DNA from: Emiliania huxleyi CCMP1516 | Lineage: Eukaryota | DNA: 64,000 nt | Assembly: GCF_000372725.1 (NCBI RefSeq) | Contig: NW_005201613.1 | Coordinates: 154,290-218,289 of the forward strand | Reading direction: 5' to 3' | Shown here: positions 1 to 11,591 of the stretch, in pieces | Layout: every line of letters begins with the position of its first letter | How positions within the stretch are numbered: position 1 is the stretch's first letter | Position numbers and translations under genes: made by a program | The notes under the pieces: model-generated | Told to the model about the DNA's origin: nothing | The model's database searches: none | What the model saw: only the letters and a program-made list of their open reading frames with translations

Positions 1-147
1 GTGTGTGACAGCCGTGATGATCTAGTGTCTGGTGGCTCTCTACGGAGCGTTTACACAATAGCTCGGCACCCTGACCGTGGCTGTGTGTGATGATCTAGTG
101 CTTGATGATCTCTCGCCCCCCCGCCCCCGCTGCATCGGCCCCGTTGA

Positions 148-2466
148 TCAACGCAAGACGCGTGCGTGCTCGGGCCATGCGAGCGCCGCGGCCACCTCCC
201 CTGCCGGCGGCGGCTTGAGGCGCGCGCCAACCTCTGCGGCCGGCTCCCCGCTGGACGGGTCGAGCGACGCGTCCACCCCGCGGGGGGACGAGTAGCGGTG
301 GATCTGTGGCTCGCCCGTGCGCCATGAGTCGAAGGCGGCGACGTCGTCGGCATCCTCGGTGTCGCTCAGCTCGTCGAGCGCGTCGAATCTCCCGCAAGCC
401 TGCAGCCGCAGCGTGCGGACGGGGCAGGTCAAAGCCACTGCGGCACGGGCACACAATCTATCGGCTCCATCTCGACTCCCTCTCGGCTCCCTCTCAACCT
501 GCAGCTTTGGAACGCCACGCAGCTGTGCCAAGCGGTCGCAAGCGAGGCGCTCTACGAGGCGGCGCTGTTGCGCTCGTTGAAGGAGCGGCTTGACGTTGCG
601 GCGGCACCCTCCACTCTGAGCTGGAGGAGCCGATGACGTGAGCGCCTCCCTGCTCTCTCCCCTCCGCCTGGCGGCGGGCGCCGCGGTCCCGTCAGACGCC
701 TCCTCCTCCTCATCCGCCGCCGCCGCCGCCGCCGCCTCCCCCGCCAGAGGCACGGCGCCAAACTTGATCAGCAACGCGCGCAATTCCGCGTAGCTCACCA
801 GGGAGTCGCCGTTCGCGTCGGCCACCGCCATCATCGGCTCCTCTAGCTCGGGCGGCAGGCCGAGCAGCCGCAGCACCGCGCCAAACTCACACCGGTCGAT
901 CGCGCCGCTGCCGTCCGCGTCGCAGGCGGCAAACGCGTCGCGCGCCGCCGCCTCGGCCCGCTGCCAACCTTCCTGCGCCGTCCGGTTGTTGAAGGACCGG
1001 CCCGCCGCCTCGGCCCGCTGTCGCGAGAGCGCGTCCGGGTGCCTCTTTCGCTCCTCGGACTCCTCGTCGAGCTCGTCGAGCCACTCGCGGAGCCTCCCCT
1101 CCGAGGATCGAGAGCAGTTGGAGCAGTTGGACCCCTCGCGGAGCCCCCCCTCCAACTGCCCCCCGCTCCCCCCCTCCAACTGCCCCCCGCTCTCCCCCTC
1201 CTGCTTCTCCCGCTCCGCCTCCTCCGCCTCGATCAGGCGCAAGTGTCCGCTTCCGCGGCTGCTGCGGACGCTGCCGCTGCTCCGGAAGCTGGAGCGGTAT
1301 ACGGGATCGTTCGACTCGTCCGCGCTGTCCGCGCGCGCGCCGTCGCCGGGGTGCCCAAAGGTCTGCTCCTTCTCTCCCGCCGCAGCCGCGGCGACGGCGG
1401 CGCCGAGCGGCGACGCGCCGCTCTCCGCTGCGGCGAGGACCGCTCCCACGCGCCGCTGCTCTGCCGGGCAGACGGCGGCGAGCCACTCGTGTGCGAGCCG
1501 GCAGACGCCGCAGAGGTCGGGCCGACGGTCGGGGTCGATGACGAGCATGCCGTCGAGGAGCTTGACGAGCAGCGGTGCCGCCGGCGAGCTCAGGCAGGGT
1601 GAGAGCTCCTCCTCCGTCGCCGGCCCGACCATGCCGGGGAAGGTGGCGGCCAGCTCGTCCGAGAGCGGCGTCGAGAGGAGGAGCCACGTCGCGCTAAAGC
1701 CGAGGTGCGCCGCGCGGCCCTGTGCATTGTAGACGCGGCGGTAGCGACCCGACTGCTCGTGCACGTTTGCGAGCGCCCACGGGTGGAAGCCGGCCGCGGC
1801 CGCGAAGAGCGAGATGCCGAGCGACCAGACGTCGGACTTGAAGGTGTTGTACGCGCGGGCGTGGGGCACGGCGCGCTTGCAGATCTCGGGCGCGATGTAG
1901 GGCAGCGTGCCCGCGGCCCGCGTGCTCTCGCGCTGCATCAGGCTCAGCCCAAAGTCGATGAGCGTCGCCGAGTGCGCGCGGTCGACGAGGATGTTTGCGG
2001 GCTTCACGTCGAGGTGCGCCACGCCGCAGCTGTGCATGTAGACCAGTCCGACAAGGGCGGTGGCAAAGGCGCGGCCGAGAGCGGCCTCCGTCTGGTCGCG
2101 GCCGCACCACCCGAACTCTCTCTCGCCGGCGCGATCCATCACCATGTAGTGCCACCGCCGGCCGCCAATCTCAGCCGTCGCGGCGGTGTGCAGCCTCGGG
2201 ACGGAGGGGAGCGGTGACCCGTGGGCGCTCTCGTTCAGGAGCCGGAGCGCCACCTCTTCAGTAGTGCCGATATGGTGCGGAGCTACGTCGGGCTGCAACT
2301 TGAGCACCATGCTCTGGCCGCCCGACGCACATTTGCCAAAATAGATTCGCGCAAACCCTCCGCCGGCAGAGGGGAGAGTCGACGGAATGCACACGCCGAG
2401 GGAGGCCGGCCGAGCGGCTGCGGCAGCGGCGTACTCCTCCTCGCTGATCTGGCTGGGGGGAGACAT
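148..2466 (-). CDS. Ser/Thr protein kinase with C-terminal EF-hand pair (CDPK-like architecture)
   Basis: Kinase motifs [38 protein letters not shown]-hands [12 protein letters not shown] and [12 protein letters not shown]. First ATG at 2466; a small in-frame intron near the 3' end is possible. Confidence 0.85.
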   Translation of the reverse strand: MSPPSQISEEEYAAAAAARPASLGVCIPSTLPSAGGGFARIYFGKCASGGQSMVLKLQPDVAPHHIGTTEEVALRLLNESAHGSPLPSVPRLHTAATAEIGGRRWHYMVMDRAGEREFGWCGRDQTEAALGRAFATALVGLVYMHSCGVAHLDVKPANILVDRAHSATLIDFGLSLMQRESTRAAGTLPYIAPEICKRAVPHARAYNTFKSDVWSLGISLFAAAAGFHPWALANVHEQSGRYRRVYNAQGRAAHLGFSATWLLLSTPLSDELAATFPGMVGPATEEELSPCLSSPAAPLLVKLLDGMLVIDPDRRPDLCGVCRLAHEWLAAVCPAEQRRVGAVLAAAESGASPLGAAVAAAAAGEKEQTFGHPGDGARADSADESNDPVYRSSFRSSGSVRSSRGSGHLRLIEAEEAEREKQEGESGGQLEGGSGGQLEGGLREGSNCSNCSRSSEGRLREWLDELDEESEERKRHPDALSRQRAEAAGRSFNNRTAQEGWQRAEAAARDAFAACDADGSGAIDRCEFGAVLRLLGLPPELEEPMMAVADANGDSLVSYAELRALLIKFGAVPLAGEAAAAAAADEEEEASDGTAAPAARRRGESREALTSSAPPAQSGGCRRNVKPLLQRAQQRRLVERLACDRLAQLRGVPKLQVEREPRGSRDGADRLCARAAVALTCPVRTLRLQACGRFDALDELSDTEDADDVAAFDSWRTGEPQIHRYSSPRGVDASLDPSSGEPAAEVGARLKPPPAGEVAAALAWPEHARVLR

Positions 2467-2607
2467 GTGGAAGTCACGCCCTCGCCTCGCCCGGGCCGAC
2501 AAGGCGAGGAGCTCTGAGGGCGAGCTGAGGCGAGCCCTAGAGGGCGACACGCCAGCTACTGTCCAAGGCTGGCCCGGGGGGGGGCCCAGGTTGTCGCGGA
2601 CACTGCA

Positions 2608-3607
2608 GGCTGAGGGCCAAAAGTAAAACGCTCAAGGCCGCTCTCGGCTCTCAGAGAGGCGTTATATCTCAGTAACCCCGCTCGCAAGTACTAGAGCAGC
2701 GTTCGTCAAGCTCAAACCCCACTCTACACAACACAGAGCAGCGTTTGCCTAACAAGACTCCGCTCTGCAACCTTCAGAGCGGACTCTTGCTCAGAAAAAC
2801 ACCGACCGAGCACGTTCGAGCGGAGTCAAGTCAGTGCAACACCGCTCAACATAGCGGGAGCGGTCAATTTCCGCGGAGAGGCTGCTTTCGCCTCCCTCAG
2901 TCGCGCTCTCCTTCGCTCCTCCTCTTCAGAGCGGGACTTTGCTGAGTGAACACCGCTCTAGCTGGCCAGAGCAGCGATTGCTTTAAGCTGACACCGCTCT
3001 AAATGACGTGAGCGGCGTCGCCCTGAATAGACGCTGCTCTGGGACGCCGGGACGGCGATGCCACCTGACGCCGACGGCGGATCCACGATCGCTCGTGGCG
3101 CGCGGCGCGGCGTGGCGAGCCCCGCCCCTGGGGTTGAGCAGCGTGTGGGTGGGTCGTCACTGCTCCGAGTAGTCAGAGCGGCGTCGCGTTTAGTGATACG
3201 CCGCTCACGCCATTTAGAGCGGTGTCAGCTTAAAGCAATCGCTGCTCTTACTAGCTAGAGCGGTGTTCACTTAGCAAAGTCCCGCTCTGAAGAGGAGGAG
3301 CGAAGGAGAGCGCGACTGAGGGAGGCGAAAGCAGCCTCTCTGCGGAAATTGACCGCTCCCGCTATGTTGAGCGGTGTTGCACTGACTTGACTCCGCTCGA
3401 ACGTGTTTGGTCGGTGTTTTTCTGAGCACGAGTCCGCTCTGAAGGTTGCAGAGCGGAGTCTTGTTAGGCAAACGCTGCTCTGTGTTGTGTAGAGTGGGGT
3501 TTGAGCTTGACGAATGCTGCTCAGTACCTGCGAGCGGGGTTACTGAGATATAACGCCTCTCTGAGAGCCGAGAGCGGCGTTGCACGTTTTACTTTTGGCC
3601 CTCAGCC
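2608..3607. mobile_element. Non-autonomous Mutator/foldback-like DNA transposon, 1000 bp, ~410-bp TIRs, 9-bp TSD
   Basis: 2608-3018 is the near-identical reverse complement of 3198-3607 (ends GGCTGAGGGCCAAAAGTAAAACG); perfect 9-bp direct repeat GACACTGCA at 2599-2607 and 3608-3616. Confidence 0.92.
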
Positions 3608-4277
3608 GACACTGCAGGGCGTGAACACAACCTGACGGATCCGCTCCTCACAGTCGCACGCGCCGCGCGCACGCGCCGCGCTGCGGCGCGTGCGACTGTC
3701 TTTGTTTGAAGTCAAAAGTCGAATCAGAGCGGTGTCGGTGCACACACCGCCGGTTTCTGCAAGAAAAGCCACTAAGCCAGTGGCCGTATAGTGGGTTGCG
3801 GGCATTAAGAAAACAGGATCTTGCCGTTTCTAAGCCTTTCCACAGTCCTCCCCACACCACGCCGTTGGCGAATTATGGGGAGGTGTACACCGAATCGGAC
3901 AAACAAACACACTCCTTACTTCAGCTGGTATGTCGGCTGTCGGGCCTCTTCGGCTCGCGGCCGCCGTGCTGCTGGTCCTGAGCGATCCTGCGCTCGCACT
4001 CGCGCAGAGCACGCGTGCTCTGCGCCCCGTGGACGCCGCAGCAGCGGTGTCCCACGTCGGCGCTGTCCGACACCCACACTCCTCGGCTCGATGACGTTCC
4101 CAAGAGCTGCCAGCTCGACCCGCCTCAAACATCTGCAGCGCGATCAAGAATGAAGAAACGTGCGTGGCCGCGTTGCGTTAGTCAGCTTATGGTACTCTCT
4201 CGTTTCTCCCCACACAATCACAAATACGCGAAGACGGTGTGTTGTGTACTAGCGAGCTGGCACACTCTCCCCCACTT

Positions 4278-5336
4278 TCACTCCCTCACCCGCGGGACGA
4301 GCAAGTGCAGCCTCCCGCTCGAGTCGCCCGCGAGGAGAGCCCCATGCAGCCCGCGTCCGGTGGCGAGGGCCGTCACGCGCGGCGCGCCGGACGCCTCCGC
4401 CTCAGCGCCGGCCTCGCGGGGCGGCAACGCCACGCGGCCAACCTCGGAGAGGCTCTCTCCCTCGAGGCTGACGACCTCGCCCTCGACGCCCGCGTGCACG
4501 TGGCCGCCGGCCAGCGCCAGGCTGTGCACCCGGGGGAGGAGCGCCGACTGGGAGAGCAGGCGTGCGCCGCCGGGAGAGCAGGCGTGCGCCCACCTCTTCA
4601 CCGCGCCGTCGAGGCCGGCGGTGAGGAGGCCACCACCGCCGGGCGTGAAGCGCACGCAGCTCACTCGCCCAGCGTGCGCCGCCCAGCGCACCGGCACGCC
4701 CGTCGGGACGCCGTTGCTTCCCACCCGCCAGCAGCGCACCCGCCCGTCGACACTGCCAGCGGCCAGCGCGCCTCCCGTCGACGCTGCCAGGCAGAGGATG
4801 TCCTTCGACCGCACCTGCTCCTCGTCCTCGTACAGCGCAATCTCGTCTTGCGCCGTCACGCCGGACGCCGCCGGCGCGTCCGGCGGCGGCAGCGGCGGCG
4901 CCCACGAGAGGATGCGATTGCAGCCGATCGAGTAGGCTGCACGCGGCGCAGCCGCCGCCTCAGCCGGATCGATGGCAAGCGCTCGCACCCATCCCGTGTG
5001 TTGCGCGCTCTGCCAGAGCGGAGTGACTGCCGTGCCGCCGCCCGGCTCCTCTCGCAGGCGCCAGGCAAAGACGACGCGCGAGAAGGAGCCCGCGAGGAGC
5101 AGACAGTCGCCGCCCGGCAGCGGGGACGCCTCGAGCGAAAAGACGCTGCCGCCGCCCGGCCGGATCTCGCCCGATGGCTCAATCCCAGCGGCCGTGGCGC
5201 GCCAGAGACGGATGTCAGCGCTGTGGCCGGCCGAGGCGAACAGGGACGAGGAACCGAGCTGCGCCGCAGCGAGAGCGAGGACCGAGCGGCCGTCGTGAGC
5301 GGCGCCGCTGGTGGTGTGTGCGAGTCGAAGCAGCAT
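4278..5336 (-). CDS. WD40-repeat protein
   Basis: Repeated WD40-like units (FASAGHSADIRLW, QHTGWVRALAI, LAAGSVDGRVRCW, AHAGRVSCVRFTP..LLTAGLDGAVKRW); ATG at 5336. Confidence 0.8.
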   Translation of the reverse strand: MLLRLAHTTSGAAHDGRSVLALAAAQLGSSSLFASAGHSADIRLWRATAAGIEPSGEIRPGGGSVFSLEASPLPGGDCLLLAGSFSRVVFAWRLREEPGGGTAVTPLWQSAQHTGWVRALAIDPAEAAAAPRAAYSIGCNRILSWAPPLPPPDAPAASGVTAQDEIALYEDEEQVRSKDILCLAASTGGALAAGSVDGRVRCWRVGSNGVPTGVPVRWAAHAGRVSCVRFTPGGGGLLTAGLDGAVKRWAHACSPGGARLLSQSALLPRVHSLALAGGHVHAGVEGEVVSLEGESLSEVGRVALPPREAGAEAEASGAPRVTALATGRGLHGALLAGDSSGRLHLLVPRVRE

Positions 5337-6170
5337 TCTTCTGCGCTCTCGATCCGTGGACACTCGAGAGCCTGAGCAACTCTCCTGAGGTTGAGCAACC
5401 CTCCTCACGAGCGTGGACACACCGGTCCTGTGCTTTGTGTACGTCTCTCTCGCGCTTGTGTGTGTTCGCGTTGTCGAGGGAGGGTTGTCGGCCGGCCAAA
5501 ACCCGGCGCCGCTGAGGGGTTGCGTCTCTAGCCGCGTAGGGGCAAACGCCCATCCGCCGAGAGTCTGAGACGAGCACTACACCGCAAGCATCGCAGTACT
5601 GCGACACCACGCTATGATTACTTCTGCGGGTACCGCGCCAAGGCCGCGGGCGCGGGGCGAGCTGCGACGAGAAGTAGCCACAATGAAAACGGCTCCGCTC
5701 ACCGCTGAGAGAGAGAGAGAGCTTCTTCTTCTCTCCGCTGAGACTCACGGCGACGGCGTTGCACGGGGTGTCTAGTGTCGGCCGCGCTGCCCGCACACCT
5801 TTCCGGTGAGGAAAGAAAGTGGTGTGGCGGCATGAACGCTGATGGCGCAGCCGACAGAGAGTCGCCTATTGGACCGATCACAAACATCGCGCCGCGATCG
5901 GACCCCCGCGGGGGAACGGGGACGATCGTCCGGCTCCGGGTCAATACGGGTCCATCCCCCCCCCCCCCCCACTCAGCCTCGCGACAAGTGAATGTGCGGG
6001 AACAAACCCGCCGTGGCAGACCACAAATCCTACTTTTGTCCTACGTTCGCATAACAGGCTGCTCTACATAGCAAGGCGCCAAACATGTCCTGTGCACCGC
6101 GTGTGGAGAGCGAGGGCAACAGCCCAAACGCGCACTCCGGAAGAGCGGACAGATCGGGCAGACGCGCTCG

Positions 6171-8715
6171 TTACGATCTAGGCCGGGCGGGCGACCGCGA
6201 GGAGGCGCGCGTGCGGGGCGGCGAGCGCCTTGGCAGCTGCGACCCCGTGGAGGGCTTGGCCGCCTTCCCGCTGCCGAGGAGGTCGAGGTCCAGCAGGTCG
6301 GACGGCTTGGCGTAGCGCGGGTCGTCGATGGTCGCCGCGTCGTACGAGCCCTGCCGGAGCACGCCCTCCGCTGCGTCGACAATCTTCCAGGAGGCTGTGG
6401 CCGGCCTCCCGCCCGGAGGCAGGAGGAAGGAGGGGAAGGCGCCCGCCCAGCAGAGGCGGCACTCCCCGGGCGCAAAGCCGCACGCGCGGCCGAGCTCCTC
6501 GGTGAGGCGGAGGGAGGAGAGGCCGTCGAACCTACGTCCCGCGGCGGCAACCCCAAGGTGCGTCGCTCCACCAAGGCGAGCAGGCGTGATGGAGCCGGGA
6601 ACTCACGGTCTCGACGAGACGCGGGCGGCGGCCGGAGGGGCGCGCGGGTCGCGCACCGGAGGTGAGCGACGACGGCGTCGAAGAAGAGCGCCGAGTGGAA
6701 GAGGGCGAAGTCGCCCGAGGCGTGCAGGAGGCCGTCACTGGGCGCGGCCTCACCCATCGCCTCGACTACTAGCGCGGGAAGCAGCCTACACAAACGTGCA
6801 CTCTCAGAGGGAGGGGTTGGGAGTGGCAACCGCAGAGCGGGCGCTGCCGCGACGGGGAGTTCCACGTCCATGTGTACGCCGCGAAGAGGTAGAACCCGTA
6901 CCAGTCGCCCGCCCAATCGGCGCCAGGCACCAGCGCGGGCCGCGTCCCCGCGTGCAACGTGAGGCGGCGCAGCTTGTGCACGGCCGACTTGCGGACGACA
7001 AGCACGCCCTGCGACCTGCCCACACACGCTGCGGACGTGGACAAGCGGGCTTGTGTGCGTTCGAAGGAAGTGGGTCAGAGCGACCAGTTGCCGGCCGCGT
7101 GGCGGTGCGCGACGACGTAAGGTACGTGGTCGGGCCTGGGCGGCGAGGGAGGGGGGATGCCGGCTTACGCAAGCGGGCGAGGACCTCCTACGTGCGTGCG
7201 TGCCGTACGTACCGCGTGCGTGCGTACGTGCGTGGCGTGCGTCCGTGCCGTGCCGTGCGTGCGCCTGAAGTGGCCGTAGGCGGCGTAGAGGGTGTGCCCG
7301 ACCAGCCACGCGGCGAGGAGCGGGTGCATGTCTGGCAGTGCCTACCGCCGAGATGCGCTCGCGATACAGCCGAAGTGGCGAGGGAGACATAGCCCATGCC
7401 CGGCGGCGCCTCGAGGTCGATGCCCGTGGAGAGCTGGCCGTACAGCACGTAGTAGCCCACCGCATCTGGAGGAGAGAAGGGATCCGCTAGATGAGTGATG
7501 CTCGATGATGCGGTGGGCTTGGAGGTGCGGCGGGCGACCGGTAAAGTTCCAGCAAAAGACGTCGATGATGAGCGTCGCGATGATGAAGACGTGCATGCAC
7601 TGGAAGGTGAAGATGGAGAGCGCCACGGCGAGAGAGTTGCGCGTGTAGAGCAGGAACGGCACCGAGAACTCGACCATCGCGGCGCCATTCGCCAGCCACC
7701 ACGCAAAGGCAGTCTTTCCGAAGTCGGGCGGCTCGGCGTCGTGCGCCTTGAAAGTGAGGCGCCGGAACCACCTTGCCCAGGGCACACCCACCATGAACTT
7801 GGCCGAAGCGAGATTCATGGTGAACATGTGTGGGAAGGTCGGGCCCAACTTGCAGAAGCCCGAGCCGATGTAGAGCAGGGTGAGGAACAGCTGCATGCCG
7901 ACGACCTGGCCGCGCTCGACGGGGAAGCACATGCACACAAAGAGGTGCAGGTTCTGCGTGCCGTAGGTGTGCATGTGCTGCCCGTAGTCGAAGAGGAGCT
8001 CGTACACGCCGCACGCCGCGAGCGGCCAGACGAGCTCGGGCGAGACTTCCGGGGCGAGAAGGCAGCGCCATGTAAAGACGTGAGTCAGTACGCCCTCCAC
8101 CAGGCAGTCGAGCCGGGAGCGGCGCATCGAGAGGAAGGACCAGTGGCCGGCGGGACCAGCGTACTTGATCGTGCCCGGTGTGAGGCGGTACCACCAGTCC
8201 TGGAAGGGCGGGTTCAGCTTATTGTGCAGCGGGCCGTGCTCCACACCAAGCCCCAACGCCTGGCGAGGGGAGACCAAACTAGTCACGGACATGGGCGTGG
8301 GTCGTGCGAGGCTGCGAGCCCAGACCTCCCAGGCGTTGAACCAGATGAATAGCTTCTGGACGAGCGTGAGCCACGGGAAAGAAGTGTCTGGCTCGAGGAC
8401 AGCGGGGGTTGTTGCGACAAAGGTGGCCGAGAAGAGCACACCATAGAGCGGGACCATGCCCCAGTGCCACGCGAAAAACGAGTTTGGCACACCGAGCCCG
8501 CCCGAGGGATCAACCACGCGCCGCACGCTCGCATCGAGCACCCCGAGGAAGCTCGATTCCTCTGGCTGCGGGATGGGAGGCAGGCCTCCCGCTGGGAAGC
8601 GCGTGAGCCAGCTGATATCGAGCGACGCGAGCACGCGGTCCCACGGCGACGAGGCGACTGCATACACGGCGGCGGCCGTCGCCAGTGTGAGGGCGCTGTA
8701 GAGGGCGAGGAGCAT
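6171..8715 (-). CDS. Multi-exon multi-pass membrane protein, DUF3556-like
   Basis: Motifs QKLFIWFNAWE/ALGLGVEHGPL..PP..W..PGTIK, KLGPTFP, VEFSVPFLL, WNF and AAGNW match the order recalled for actinobacterial DUF3556 proteins; several introns. Confidence 0.65.
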
Positions 8716-9198
8716 CACCGCGTGAAGCCGCGGCAGCTAGCGCTGCGAGAAGGGCCCACTCAATGTCGTTAGGCCCAGTGGTCGCGGGTGGCGCTAGATC
8801 GGACGATAACCTCTCTCGACCTGGGGGTGGTCGACTGGCTGTGGCCAGGGCCCAGGGGTACAGCGAGAAGAAGAATTTTAGCACGAAAAACTCTAGGACA
8901 CTGGGCACGCTCTGAAGAAAAACAGCACACGAGGCATGGGAGGAGGACAGGGTCCCCACCTGCACGAGCAGGATTTTGGCAGGACGATCAGGGACAACTG
9001 CGCGCTCCCTCACAAAAAAGAAACTCCACAAGTAGAGAAAGAGCGGTGACTGGTCCCGCTCCCCCTCCCCGCCGCCGTGGTCGGTAGACGCCACGCATCG
9101 CAACGACGGCTCCGTCGCCCACTCTCCACCAGCCTGTGCGCGGGCGAGGGGTCGAAGGGACTGCCACCGATCGAGCGGCCGGTGGTCGAGAACGGCGG

Positions 9199-9230
<32 letters not shown>

Positions 9231-9389
9231 GCGGCGGCGGCAGAAAAAAATGATGGCGGCGTTCGAGCTTTGCGCGCAGGGCTGCCAGTGCGGCGAGGTG
9301 CCGTGCCCGATGGCGAAGATGAAGCTCTGCCCGTGTGCGGCGACATCACATTTATTGCATTCGGATCGGCGGCGAAACCGGCATCTCCT

Positions 9390-10664
9390 TCACGCCTGTG
9401 CGACGCCGGCAACCTCATCTGCATCCCCGACATGTTGAACGACAGCGGCAATCGTCTCGTCAGCGAGCGTCATGTTGCCGCCGCACGAGAGCAAGTCGTG
9501 ACCGCAGCCGACAACCTACATCGAGTAGACGTGAGAGTGCTGACGAATTGACGTGTGCATGCTGATGAGCGGACGTGTGGATGGTAATGAGCTGACGTAT
9601 GACTGTGAAAGCCAGTGAGCGGACGTACGAATACTGATCGCATCGTACACAGCATTTCGCTCCTGCTTGTATGTGTACGATGCGTCCACCACGTAATCCG
9701 CCGACTCGAGCGCGTATGGCCGCGTGCACAGCAGCGCGGTGTCGGCGGTCCCGCAGACGAAGAGCGTTGGCACCGAGATGTTGCCGACGGTGTCGGTCGC
9801 AGCGAAGCCCTGCGAAGGCCACGGCACCGACGTGCCGAAGAGGCCGCGCAGCGCAACGACTGACTCCGCGGCCGGGTCGACGGCGAGGATCTGCTCGGCG
9901 CTGAGAACCGGCGGCATGGCGACGATTCCGTCGAGAAGGAACACGGTGGTGTACCAGAACAATGCGAGCTGGAAGGTGGTGGCATCGCCGAAGGCGAAGC
10001 CGAGGTCACTCCCCGCGGTAGCGCCGAGGGCCAAGTACCAGAAGTCGTTGTGGAGCGACGCAGAGTCGTCAAGACAGAACATCGTGAGGTACTGCGACGC
10101 GACCACCTGCTCCTCATCGGCGTTCGCGCCGAAGAGCGCTTCCGAGAAGGGCATCGGGTGTGGCGAGGAGAGCGAGGTGAGGCTGTGCAGGTGGTTGCCG
10201 TACACTGTAGGCTGCGCCATGAACCAGCTGAGAAAGCCGCCGTGATCGTGGCCGATGAGGTGAAACTTGCCACCGTCGTGCGTGAAGCCGGCCGCCTCCG
10301 CCATGGCATACGCGTCGCCGGCGAGGTGGTAGTACGAGTAGGCGTCGACTGTCGCCGGGCTCGCGCCCTCGGAGTACCCGCGCTGGTTGCACGCGAGCGA
10401 GCGCCAGCCCTTGCTTGCCATCTGCGCCATCAGACCCGAGTAGATGCTCGCAAACTCAGGGAAGCCGTGCAGCAGCAGCACGTTGGTCACGCTCGCGGCG
10501 GGGCCAGCGAAGCGGCAGTTGAATGTGAGGCCGTTGGCGAGGGCCAGGCGGCCGCACTCCTCCCCTTGCGCACATCCGGGCAGCACGGCCTGCGTCCACG
10601 ACGGTAAGGACGGCGTGTAGGCCGATCCGAACGCGAGGTGGAGGGCGGGGAGCAGCGAAAGCAT
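9390..10664 (-). CDS. Secreted alpha/beta hydrolase, epoxide-hydrolase-like (exons 10664-9663, 9515-9390)
   Basis: Signal-peptide-like N-terminus, HGFPE oxyanion motif, NQRGYS, GHDHGG nucleophile Asp; exon 2 supplies the catalytic His (GCGHDL) and TGA at 9390. Confidence 0.85.
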
Positions 10665-10902
10665 CGATGCACTGCTGCCGCAACCGCAAAGCAGGTCCTT
10701 GACACCGCACACACGCCGCCCTGTCTGTAGCCGCAGCCACTCCCAGCTGCTCGGTGTGAACAGAGTTCGTACACCGAGCAGCAGGGAGCTCCGCAACTCG
10801 AGATCCCTCGAGAGTTCACGCGGAGTCGGCTGGGGTTATACCAGACAGCCCGCCGCCTGCGCGGCTCAATTTCGCTCTCCCACATTTAAAAATACGTCCT
10901 AT

Positions 10903-10923
10903 TGCACTCCAAGTGCTCCAAGT
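10903..10923 (+). repeat. Repeat family A, tail-only remnant (TGCACTCCAAGTGCTCCAAGT)
   Basis: Reverse complement of the ACTTGGAGCACTTGGAGTGCA end shared by five other copies. Confidence 0.6.
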
Positions 10924-11443
10924 CCTTTCGCCTGCGGAAACGTTGGGGGACCCCATAGCTGTCCCCTCATCAATGAAGCTGCTCATGTCGGCGCCTCCGA
11001 CGCCGCTGCGCCCTCCTCCGTGGGCAAGCCTGGGTTGCGGGTGTGCGGGGTCACGCGAAACGTGCGGTCATGGCCGCGCTGCTCCGACCGACCGACTTTT
11101 GACAGCGATCTATCTCGGCGGCCGCGATGAATGCGAGCAGCGCCCTAGCGCTGATCCTGGCGCTGACGCCGACGTGATAATGTCTGACGCGCGCAGCTCG
11201 CCAGTCGCGGGTCCAGAGGCTGCACTTCAGCAGGCCGCTCCCACCGCCGCCCGCGGCGGAGGCAAGGCGGCAAAGGGTGGCAAGGGCGGCGGCAAGGGCG
11301 GTGGCAAGGGCTGTGGCCGTGTGGCGCACCAGACCCACTTTGCGCCGCCGCCCTCAACGCCCGATACTCGGTTGAGCCGGCGGAGCGACGTCCTCCCAGG
11401 GCCCTTGATTCGTTCTCTTGCTTGTCTCACGAGCTAAGCAACG

Positions 11444-11544
11444 GCACTTGGAGCACTTGGAGTGCAGTCAGTAACCTCACATCCAGGGCCGGGGAGCTGA
11501 GAAGCGCACCCAGCGGGCCGGATGATCGGGATCGGGCTACGGGC
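11444..11544 (-). mobile_element. Repeat family A copy (putative 5'-truncated retroelement 3' end)
   Basis: GCACTTGGAGCACTTGGAGTGCAGTC...CCTCACATCCAGGGCCGGGGAGCT.AGAAGCGCACCCAGCGGGCCGG is shared with 21563, 26058, 34655 and 46125. Strand is inferred polarity. Confidence 0.75.
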
Positions 11545-11591
11545 TAGAGAGGCCTGACCCCTAGCTAACGCCGTATTTTTTTGCCTTGCCG

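Noticed and set aside
2745..3585. Twin ORFs MPNKTPLCNLQ on opposite strands
   Set aside because: Artefacts of the inverted repeats, with non-ATG starts.
11444..11544. Relic spliced leader upstream of genes
   Set aside because: The gene-proximal end varies in length by hundreds of bases and intron-rich genes also carry it; a truncated retroelement fits better.
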